Shown in pieces: positions 1 through 11,028 of a stretch of DNA of 64,000 nt. The notes under the pieces were generated by a model. It saw only the letters and a list, made by a program, of their open reading frames with translations. It was not told the origin of the DNA and ran no database searches. The stretch spans positions 63,302,001-63,366,000 of the forward strand of contig OZ024745.1 in assembly GCA_964016885.1 (NCBI GenBank), read 5' to 3'. How positions within the stretch are numbered: the first letter of the stretch is position 1; each line of letters begins with the position of its first letter. The stretch is from Eledone cirrhosa. Taxonomy: Eukaryota. The position numbers and the translations under genes are program-made.

Positions 1-66
1 TATAGGGACACATGTATTATCCAACCATATGTCAATGTGGTTCGATGGCAGGTTAATAAATTTTTT

Positions 67-270
67 ATTCACATGACCTCTACCGACCAATCAAAATTGT
101 TTTGACCAAGAATTTTTGCTGGAGCCACTTTTTTAACATAAAAACAGTCTTGGCGCAAAATCAACTTTTTACATTCACATGACCTCTACCGACCAATCAA
201 AATTGTTTTGACCACAAGAATTTTTGCAACACAAAAATAACGCTGGAGCCACTTTTTTAACATAAAAACA
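67..270. repeat. Local direct duplication (~80-100 bp unit, 2 copies)
   Basis: attcacatgacctctaccgaccaatcaaaattgttttgacca...gctggagccacttttttaacataaaaacag occurs at ~67-147 and ~174-270; the second copy has small insertions. Confidence 0.85.
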
Positions 271-487
271 GGTAGAATTCCCAAAACTAATCAGATCAGA
301 GCAAACAGCACGGACACTCTATCTCAAAATTATTTTTGAAAAGCATTTAGAAATGCGCAACCGGTAAAAACTTAAAAACTTAAAACCACAACTGAATACT
401 AACCCATACAATCACTAATACTCTTTTATTCCTAATTAAACCATTTTTCAACTGTGAACAATTTGTCAGCATTTTCTATTCCGTTTA

Positions 488-529
<42 letters not shown>

Positions 530-932
530 TGTGCATGTGTATATGTATAATATATGTGTATATTTACACATTTATATGTTATTGTTAATATCATTATTAT
601 TATTATTATTACTATTATTATCCTCATCATATCTACTACCACTACTACGACAAGCTTAAATTTGTTCCAAAGATATGCCTCAGATTTAGCATAAGACGCC
701 TTGCACCTTTAATCTTGCAGCGTTCGGTAAACCAACATCACAAAGTGGCTTAGTTAATTTTGTTTGTCTATTTTTCTATGCGAATAAATTCTCATTGGAT
801 TTCTCATTGGATTCATTGAAACACTACTAAAGTTATGGATTCTCGAAAGACAAGTTTAGGAAAGCTCTCTCTCTCTATCTATCTATCTATCTATCTTTCT
901 CAATCTATACTTATATATATACATATAGATAG

Positions 933-1417
<485 letters not shown>

Positions 1418-1469
1418 TATATATATATATACTGACATTGATAAATATGGTGGGTACGTCAACCCTTAT

Positions 1470-1549
<80 letters not shown>

Positions 1550-1883
1550 GGTGAATAAAATGAATGGCACCATCTTTATATTTGTATAGATTATGAACTA
1601 ATGTAGCACAGAGTTACTTCACATATTCCAAGTGATCCCAATGCATTTTTGATGTGGTAAATTTTCGCTTAATCTCTTTACAAACATACACAGAGTTGAC
1701 TCTGATTACTTGTCTGATGTTTTACTTTAGCTCAGTGACGCACTTTGGTTTGTTGTCTCGTAAAAAGTCCTTCACAAGACATCGAAGAAAGGGTTATGTG
1801 ACTCCACTTTAAAAGTTTCACACGATTTCCAAAGTTAACTTTCAGTCCATTTGACAAACAATTCTGCATTCAAGAGACATTCA

Positions 1884-1956
1884 AGAAGAAGAAGAAGAAG
1901 AAGAAGAAGAAGAAGAAGAAGAAGAAGAAGAAGAAGAAGAAGAAGAAGAAGAAGAA
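1884..1956. repeat. (GAA)n microsatellite
   Basis: Pure gaa run. The many (TA)n, (CA)n, (CT)n and (CATA)n runs elsewhere are not listed individually. Confidence 0.95.
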
Positions 1957-2462
1957 ATTATTATCACAAAAACAAGGATAATACATAAATGAAGATATAT
2001 GATTACCACCAAGATGGTGACTGAAACTGGCTGTTTCAATCTGCTTCGACATCTATTTTCTTTTTTTAATTATCATAAATGATGAATTATATATGATCTA
2101 GTATCTATAATAATGGTGCCGTAATATTTAATTATACACAACACTAATACACCATTAAGGAAAATATATTCAAATGGATTTGATTCAAGATAAACAACAA
2201 ATATAACAGATAAATTAAATTATTACATGGTTTGTATTTTGTATAATTATCCTCTACATTTAAATTAATTTATACAACTCTGTTGGAAAATAAGTATTCA
2301 AGAAATGTTGATAAGTTATGTTTCTGTGTAATATATCATTAGTTTTAGCATAATCAATAATATCATATTATCGACACAAAAACATACATGTATGGTTATA
2401 TTATTAGATACCATATGTAACCTACTATAACAGCAATATATCTGTTAATTCTACTGTGCTAA

Positions 2463-2555
<93 letters not shown>

Positions 2556-2556
<1 letters not shown>

Positions 2557-2620
2557 CAATCATCATTTTCTTACAAAAGAAAATGTGTGAAACGCAGCAA
2601 GGCGCGGGTAATTCGGCTAG
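2556..2620 (+). mobile_element. Minimal Helitron-like element
   Basis: A|TC start and CTAG|T end inside (TA)n, with a GC-rich subterminal segment cgcagcaaggcgcggg. Confidence 0.45.
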
Positions 2621-2630
2621 TATATATGTA

Positions 2631-2699
<69 letters not shown>

Positions 2700-2703
<4 letters not shown>

Positions 2704-2999
2704 TTTCTTGATAAATTTTTATGTATTTCATTGGTCTATTTAAAATCTGTTCCCAAACAGACCTGTAATTTTGAATTGTTGTTATTATCAATAAATATGC
2801 ATCATTATTTCTGAAGACAGCATATATATGTGAAGGTATGTATATTCTCTTTGATAGTTTGTATAATTTTGTACATAGATCTTTTGAATATGCATACCAA
2901 TTCTAACACATATATGTCCTAGAAACGATCGTAAAATAATGAACTTTTTTTGTTTAATATAAGGAACTGTTTCTTTGTTTATTCATTATTTTTTTAATA

Positions 3000-3003
<4 letters not shown>
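2700..3003 (+). mobile_element. Penelope-like pLTR fragment in (TA)n (single-arm sister of the 59.2 kb palindrome)
   Basis: 2805-3000 aligns closely with 59378-59590; flanked by (TA)n on both sides; contains an HHR motif. Confidence 0.75.
2802..2942 (+). ncRNA. Hammerhead ribozyme motif with long helix II
   Basis: Helix I tcattattt/aaataatga, CTGAAGA 2811-2817, ~104-nt helix II, GAAA 2922-2925, palindromic helix III cgatcg, GUA triplet. Confidence 0.7.
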
Positions 3004-3074
<71 letters not shown>

Positions 3075-3194
3075 GGAATTTACATGTATACACGACTGCA
3101 TATAGAAGAATTTATGACCTGTTATTTTTATCTAAAGACATGTTTTCCAATTCCATCCCGCTCGTCCCCTCAATCTATTTCATTTCTAATTCTT

Positions 3195-3230
3195 TCTTCT
3201 AATGAAAGACTAGCGTCCGAAACGTTAAGA
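3195..3230 (+). ncRNA. Minimal HHR motif, core-mutated (CTAATGA)
   Basis: tctt-ctaatga-aagactagcgtcc-gaaa-cg-tt-aaga; G5>A substitution in the core; lies in a unique island between (TA)n tracts (3071-3318). Confidence 0.5.
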
Positions 3231-3314
3231 CCCTCTTCCTGCTATATCATGCGTTAACCCAATATATACCTTCCATATACTGTACCCATTGTGTTGTTAT
3301 TTCTCTTAACCTTT

Positions 3315-3391
<77 letters not shown>

Positions 3392-4660
3392 CTTAAATAT
3401 AACGGGTACTGGACACCGCTTCTAGTTGGTTAGTGTTTACTAATTGACTGAAAACGCTTTGATTCCTTGAGTAAATGAATAAATAAATAAATAACTAAAT
3501 ACATATGCATATGTTTTCATGTCCAACCGTCTAAACACTTATAGATCTCGAACAGTCACATGACTGCCTTCCTCGGGACCTGCTGTGGAAATGTTTGCAA
3601 GAGTATAAAATCGATGGTCAGCTTTTTGCTGTCCTGATGTCTGCCCTTGTATTTGTGTTCGAATAAATAGTACTAAATCGAAACCATTCAACGTGGGAGT
3701 CGCACAGGTTAAATTCCTTGAATAGTAATGGTTTATTATTAGTGACAAATTCCTCCAAGTATTCTCCTCTTCGCGGATATTTCTATGTCTGTACTTTTCA
3801 ATTAAACTTGTTCTTATTATTGCATATTTTATGTAATATTTTTTTCTTTAATAGTGTACATGCAACTTCACAGCATTGACCAGGAATATAGCTTCCTCTC
3901 GCTAAAATTAATCAGGTCAATATAATTAAGGATTACATATATGAAAATTATGAGTTTTTCGTTGTTTTTACGCGAGTCTAACACATTTCCATAATTAGTA
4001 CTCTTCCTCAGGGTGCTGTAATTGCTATTATTCCGAAAAGGACATTTGGTATTACAAATTTAAAATAAAAACATATAAAGGTCTTCAAAATAAAAACATT
4101 TCTTTTTTTCATTTATCGCATCATAATTGTTATAAGTACCCTTTAACATGCCACATAATAATTATTTTCATCAAAATGATCAAACACAAATTAATCTGGT
4201 CAACATCGATTCTCTAGTTTTGCTTGTTAACCTGTTTCAAGTGCAATGCACGAACCTTAAACAATGTAGTATTTGCTTAAATCTTAGATTAAAAATGTAA
4301 TAACTTGATGTTAGTGTTGCAATTAGGTATCAGGTATTTGTTCATTACCGCCTCTTTTCTAACATCACATTTAAAATAATAGAAAAATTACAGGCAAACT
4401 CTTGGAAATCATGTGTTGAAATCAAACCAGTAATGCCACTTTATGCAGGTGGGATCTATTACGCTACAATTAGTTTTACTTGTTTGTATAAATAGGAACA
4501 CGTGTTATAAATATGTTGGTTATAAACACAGGAGGATGCCAAGCATTTTTATACAATGGCTACTATGGCAGTTAAACTTATAAAAGATGCATGGATGTAA
4601 TAAATTGAGGTATTGATATTATAAATTGAAGCGCATATTTGATGTATATTATAACTAATC

Positions 4661-4726
4661 TTTCACGTTAATATTAAACAGTTACTACTATTTAAATAGT
4701 AGTAACTGTTTAATGTTAACGAGAAA
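4661..4726. repeat. 66-bp near-perfect palindrome
   Basis: cgttaatattaaacagttactactattt|aaatagtagtaactgtttaatgttaacg, centre 4693/4694. Confidence 0.9.
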
Positions 4727-5693
4727 TGCGAGAAATGCTCTTTATGCCAAGCAAACCAAAATAGAAAGTGTCAGAGCATTGTAAAGATTTAACTGTTGGT
4801 TTTTCGAGGCCCGGAGCTTTGAGCTATTCCCGAAGAATGTTTCCAATCCAACTGTAAAATAGTGGATCAACCTCTGAACAACATGTTTGGAGCCATAAGG
4901 GGGATACAACGAAGGTGATTAGCAATTGAACCGCACCAAAATCGTAATTCTTCCTATCGTCTGACTCTTTTTTTTCTATTGAATTAATATGATTCATATG
5001 TACATTACATGTTATTAGATTTTTGGATATGTTTGTTACGACTATTATTTCAAACATAACGTGATGAAATGCGAATCTGTCTCGGAGGAAAACCACCTCT
5101 CTTTCTCTTTCTCTTTTCCACAACTTAGCCCTAGGCTTATACTCATTATTAGGTATACTCAAGCAATCATTCCACGTATATACGAAAGACGTATCAAATT
5201 GAACGTTCAAAACCAATCATAAAACCAAAAGAAGTACGAGGAAATTAACGATTGGATATCATTTGATCGCGACGATGTCACCTTAGCCTAAGGTTAAGTC
5301 GACTATAAAATATAAATATAAGCGTGGAATTACAAAACGCTGATTTGAGAGTAACATTAAAAAAACTATTGATAAAAGATGACATGTTTCAATCGACTGG
5401 AAATACCCGCTAACAATTGGCATATCCAAAATTTTGAAAGTGCAAGGAAAATCAAGAAAAAGAAATGAAATACGTCAGCTGTTGTAAACGAATACGCGAT
5501 GTTTACATTATTACTCTGCCTATAGTCAACTTCTGTAATAGACAAATATGCATTACTTGAAAAGGTTGCTCTCGGGAACTATACAGTCACACAATTACAC
5601 TGTGTTTTGGGCTCAACTAGTAAATACCTTTCGATCGATGTCTACCTATAATTCTTTCTCTCTATATATATACATATATATATGTTATGGAAC

Positions 5694-5776
<83 letters not shown>

Positions 5777-5825
5777 TGTTATGGAACACTGTTAGCTTAT
5801 CGCTAAAACAATTTCTATACCTTTC

Positions 5826-5873
<48 letters not shown>

Positions 5874-5899
5874 TATAATTATTATTATTATTATTATTA

Positions 5900-6988
5900 C
5901 AGTTGCATTTATCTTGCTTTATGTTCATACGAGTTATCACCAAGTCACAACCAGTGACCTCAAGAGACAACAAGGTCCGCCATGTTGAATGAAGAATATA
6001 CATACACACACATGCATCTTTAGGTGTTTAGACGTGTGATGTACTTATATTGACAGAATCTTCCTTAGTATATGGGCAGTTCCCATTAGTACTATCATTT
6101 CTCCTATACGCAGGTTTCCTGGGATTTGCGATAAGTAATCATTAGACCTCTTAGATATCATTCCTAGAGCGCCTACAACCACTGGTATTATTTTAGTTCT
6201 CAATTTCCACACTTCTCCAATTTCTATCTCCAGGTCCTTATACTTGCTCAATTTTTAAAATGTTTTTATAGATACATTCTTGTATATTGGAACGGACATA
6301 CCAATTAGCAGGCATACCCTCTTTTTAAAGTCCTTCAATATTATATCAGATCTGTTTGCATCTATTTTTCGGGTTGTTTGGATGCTAAAGTTTCACAAGA
6401 TTGAGATGTGATCTTTTTCAAGTATGGGAGGTGGTTGATGCTCCCACCAATTCTTTTGATGGGGAACATCAAAATGCTTACACATTATCCAATGTATGCA
6501 TTGTGCAGCTCTGTCATGCCTGTTTAGGTATTCGGTTGAAGCTATAGGAGTGCACATTGAAATTATATGATCAATGGTCTCTGGTTGTTTTTTACATAGC
6601 CAGTTTCTGTAGCAGTTCTTTCTTTGCAGTTACTTTTACCTGCTTTGCTTTTTCTGTGTTTTCCATTTCAGCAGTAAATGGGACTTCTGAAATGTGTAGT
6701 CCATTACTGTATCTTTGTGCATCTTTTGAAATGGAGTATGATCTGTTGATGCTTTCGTGTTTCAAAACGAGTTTGATCATCCAATCATGTGATTCCCTTA
6801 GATAATCCAATTGTTGCAGTTTTCAACGCAATATCTAACTGGATTAACCCATGTCTTCCTTCTTTCCTAGGGAGATATATTCTATCTGCATCTGCCTTAG
6901 GGTGATGCATTATGTGCATGGTTAAGAATTTTCTAATTTCTGTATCGAGCCTACGGATCTCTGAATGACCAGTTCTGACATTTTAACT
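5900..6988 (-). mobile_element. Dong/R4 family B, 5'-truncated decayed copy (B0)
   Basis: Same 3' end (cagttgcatttatcttgc) and C-terminus (MGTAHILRKILSI) as B1/B2; internal deletions; 3' end abuts (TTA)n at ~5878-5899. Confidence 0.92.
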
Positions 6989-7942
6989 TTCAAATACTTC
7001 TTTTTGTAATATATCTTATTGTAATTATTTAAATTTTAATTAAATTCTAATAAAATTTTAATTAAATTCTAATTAAATTTTAATTAAATTTCTGGTTAAA
7101 TTTTTAACTAAATTATAACAATACTCTTTTGTAAAGTTTTCTTATCAATAATTTAATTTAATTTTTTAACTTTACCTTTATAAGTAATATAAACACAACA
7201 TAACGACGAATAATATATTTACATTTTGACTACTCATCTATATAAATTTATTTCTTCTCTGTCTTCGCCCATCTTTCTCTTTCTTTTTCTTCTCCCTCCC
7301 TCTCACTACTCTTTCTCCCTCTTTTTCCAATATTTTTTCAACATTCTTTTCTCTCTCCCGCACAATACTTTTTGCTTTCTCTCTCCATCTCAATTATTTG
7401 TTCTTCCCTTCACTCTCTCTCTCAATATTATATCTTTTCTCCTTTCCTTCTATCTCTCTCTTTCGCTTTCTATTCTCTTTATCTATTTTCTTTATCTCTC
7501 TCCCTCTCAATGTTTTGTCTCTCTCCTTTTTACATCTATCTTGTCTCTCTCCCTTTTACATCTATTTTCTTCCAACAGTTTAATTTAAATAAACCGTTGT
7601 TTTTTTTTCCATTTTTCCGACACTCATTTGCATACTCACTCACAAATTTGTCTCACCCGCAATTATCTCCATTATCCAGCGAATTTCAACCGTTGAGGTT
7701 GTCTTTTTTCCGGGTATGTCAATATTTATTTATAAAAGGAATCTGTATTTTATCTGATGAAAGCGCACCATAATTTACCTTGGTCACCATTGAAATATAT
7801 ATAATAAAATAATTATGGTTTTATAAATATAGTTTCCATTTATTAATATATGGTATATTTACTCCACTAACTTGTTGAGTGTTTTATATCAGTTATAAAA
7901 AATGTTAAGCTTGTTGAATCCCAACAAATTAAATATAACTTC

Positions 7943-7989
<47 letters not shown>

Positions 7990-7990
<1 letters not shown>

Positions 7991-8170
7991 TTGGAGGCAG
8001 TAAAAACCAGTTAGACCATTACTCATCAGAGTACTCGATACTTGGGGTAGTGGTGTGAGAAATATGAAAAATTCGAGACCCCCGACGACTGAGTTCCGAC
8101 CGTTTCAAAAGCTACATCTAGATTATGAAACGGCCGGAGCTTAGCCAACGGTGTCCCGAATTTTTCATAT
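7990..8170. mobile_element. Decayed fold-back PLE-derived element
   Basis: Imperfect inverted repeat 8062-8106 / 8126-8170; GAAACGGCCG half-HHR; homologous to 59645-59760. Confidence 0.6.
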
Positions 8171-8176
8171 ATGTAT

Positions 8177-8348
8177 ATAATTGTTTCTACTTTTAGGCAC
8201 AAGGCCAGCAATTACCCAGTGCATTACTGGTACTTTATTTTATCGACCCCGTAAGGATGAAAGGCAAAGTCAACCTCGGCGGGATTTGAACTCAGATCGT
8301 AAAGGGACGTAACTATGCTAGAAAGCATGGTGTCTGACCATCTACCGA
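8177..8348 (-). mobile_element. tRNA-derived SINE (octopod-type)
   Basis: B-box-like gagttcaaatcc on the minus strand; body gcctttcatccttacggggtcgataaaataaagtaccag; 3' end agtagaaacaattat; several more copies in the window. Confidence 0.85.
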
Positions 8349-8506
8349 ATAGAAGAAAACGAGGAAGTTTCGTTTACATATGAAAACTATTTATTGCGTA
8401 TCGACCTGTTACGCCCATACCGCAGATGTTTGGCTGAAATTGATCCATAGGAATTATGGACCAGACTCCAGTATCGATGTGCTCGTCACACTGGTGATGT
8501 TACAAA

Positions 8507-8542
<36 letters not shown>

Positions 8543-8555
8543 TATATATATATAT

Positions 8556-8669
<114 letters not shown>

Positions 8670-8795
8670 GTAGGAGGTGAGTTTTATTGTAGTACAATAA
8701 AGCAATGCAGATATCGGATAAGAAGCACTCTACAGTTTGTAGGACTGGAGTATACATAATATAAGATCAAAAGATGGTTAAAGGAGTTCCATGTA

Positions 8796-8862
8796 TTTTA
8801 TTATGCGCATTTCAAAAACAAACATCATCATGCAATAATATTTGTGTTTTCATCAGATAAAA
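8796..8862 (-). ncRNA. Hammerhead ribozyme motif (mirror copy)
   Basis: Exact reverse complement of 8981-9047. Confidence 0.7.
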
Positions 8863-8980
8863 CAGGAGAACATGATATGAAGGCTAAAAAACACTTGTGG
8901 ATAGTGCAGTTGATAGTATATGTTGATTTAAAACTGCACTATCCACAAGTGTTTTTTAGCCTTCATATCATGTTCTCCTG

Positions 8981-9047
8981 TTTTATCTGATGAAAACACA
9001 AATATTATTGCATGATGATGTTTGTTTTTGAAATGCGCATAATAAAA
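8981..9047 (+). ncRNA. Hammerhead ribozyme motif
   Basis: ttttat-CTGATGA(8987-8993)-36-nt helix II-GAAA(9030-9033)-tgcgca-TA-ataaaa; AUA triplet. Confidence 0.72.
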
Positions 9048-9080
9048 TACATGGAACTCCTTTAACCATCTTTTGATCTC

Positions 9081-9111
<31 letters not shown>

Positions 9112-9112
<1 letters not shown>

Positions 9113-9645
9113 GGTAAACATTGATGCAATTCAAATCAAGCACTCAAAGTACTCATTCCACATAGTAGTGACGGAGTAAATATCGAATAAGGAAAAGCGA
9201 AGTAGTTTCAGATGTTCAAGTCCTTTAATAATAATGCTGTGATATATATTTCAATGGCGAAATTGGCCGTACTGTTCTGTGCGCCAGTCTCGCGACATCG
9301 TCAGACAGCTTGTTACATAATAAGGTTATGTTTCCGAGGCAATCCAAATTGAATAAATATGGGAACGGACGAAGTATGTGCTTTTGGGTTCTTCATCCGT
9401 TCCCCAAGTGAGTACCAATTCACCCCTACTGGTCTGCGCAGGCGCAGGTCCAGGGGGATGTTGACAATTAGCTACCGCAGATTTAAACGAAATTCGCTTG
9501 GTCAGTTCCCTCTCTCAGCCAGACAATGACCCATTCAAGTCGGCACAATAGTTTACTGCTACCCATCCCATCTGAAATATATATCAGCATTATTATTAAA
9601 GGACTTGAACATCTGAAACTACTTCGCTTTTCCTTATTCGATATT
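9112..9645. mobile_element. Fold-back PLE-derived element (~73-bp arms, ~320-nt spacer)
   Basis: Arms ~9179-9252 and ~9573-9645; degenerate CTGACGA...GAAC on the minus strand at ~9265-9305; (TA)n flanks. Confidence 0.75.
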
Positions 9646-9646
9646 C

Positions 9647-9721
<75 letters not shown>

Positions 9722-9725
<4 letters not shown>

Positions 9726-9994
9726 GGTTACAGTATCGTAAAAGAGGATAGAAAGAAGAGATATAAAGAAGTGCGATACAGAATGTTACATGCCAAAAGC
9801 GGATGCGTCTTGTGCTCACTGCTTGGGTTATCAGGGTTAAATATTAGAGAAAGTTGATATTTAGTGTAAGGATTAAGCAGTGCTGTAATACGCAAAAGAA
9901 TGCTTGAATGGAAGAGTTACAAGCCGTTAAAACATATCTTTATATAAAGATATGTTTTAACGGCTTGTAACTCTTTCATTCACGCATTCTTTTG

Positions 9995-9995
<1 letters not shown>
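9722..9995. mobile_element. Fold-back element with 104-bp spacerless palindrome
   Basis: Arms 9892-9943 / 9944-9995 (2 mismatches), left extension, (TA)n flanks. Confidence 0.75.
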
Positions 9996-10057
<62 letters not shown>

Positions 10058-10060
<3 letters not shown>

Positions 10061-10228
10061 GGGCGGATAAAATTCCCGAGATCCATGGACGAGTTCTCTC
10101 CAGCGGTCTCTGTTCCTCATTATTGCTGCCATGTCCTGCGACTCCAACAGACCAGTGTCTGTCCTTAGGGCATCAACATACGTTGACCTTGGTCTTCCGC
10201 TTCCAGTGTGTCCATGTAGGGGCTCCCA
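10058..10228 (-). mobile_element. 3' terminal fragment of an RTE/RTE-X-like LINE
   Basis: Minus strand translates WEPLHGHTGSGRPRSTYVDALRTDTG...MRNRDRWRELV, the typical RTE-group C-terminus; the stop runs straight into (TA)n. Confidence 0.7.
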
Positions 10229-10229
10229 C

Positions 10230-10262
<33 letters not shown>

Positions 10263-10263
10263 A

Positions 10264-10315
<52 letters not shown>

Positions 10316-10317
<2 letters not shown>

Positions 10318-10930
10318 TTATTGTATAGAAGGAGCTTCTACAGGACTAGTACTGTTTCATTCAGATGAAATCTTCATGAAGCTGGGTGTCATATTAAGTT
10401 CTGGTATTTATACATTTAGGTAGTGGTAAGGGAGGGGTAGTGGCTGGGGGGGGGGGGTGATTTGGGGGTAGGATGGTATTTAGATACACAGGACCACAAC
10501 ATGGCACAGGCCGTTTTTTCTTTGGGGAGTGGTCAATTAGCCAGAGTGCTTTTGTGAAATAAAGGGAAAGAAAAAGAAAAAGTAAATAAATAAGTAAATA
10601 AATAAATAAATAAATAAATAAATGAATAAATAGATAAATGAATAAATAAATAAGAATAAATAAAAATAAATAAAAACCCCAAACAGATATATAGAAGGGA
10701 AATATTTTTAGAAAAATCCCCCCCCCCCCCAGCCACAACCCCTCCCTTACCACTACCTAAATGTATAAATACCAGAACTTAATATGACACCCAGCTTCCT
10801 GAAGATTTCATCTGAATGAAACAGTACTAGTCCTGTAGAAGCTCCTTCTATACAATAAATATATTTTACTCTGCCATGTATTGAGTACCTTACTTACTGT
10901 AGTTATCCCCGACTCAACCCGGGACCTACG
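10316..10930. mobile_element. Fold-back PLE-derived element (~147-bp arms)
   Basis: Arms ~10316-10462 and ~10714-10860; ~70-nt extension on the right; HHR-like motif in the arms; (TA)n flanks. Confidence 0.85.
10793..10843 (+). ncRNA. HHR-like motif with insertion 3' of the cleavage site
   Basis: agcttc-CTGAAGA-tttcatctgaat-GAAA-c-agtact-a-GTC-ctgta-gaagct, followed by AATAAA; the left-arm mirror has a C3>A change. Confidence 0.5.

Positions 10931-11028
<98 letters not shown>

Noticed and set aside
1543-1575. cagggtg Tc1/mariner-like terminus after (TA)n
   Set aside because: No matching second TIR found
7020-7580. AT-rich short repeats and CT-rich tract with hydrophobic ORFs
   Set aside because: Low-complexity sequence
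8177-8348. tRNA gene
   Set aside because: B box only, no cloverleaf; part of a multi-copy SINE
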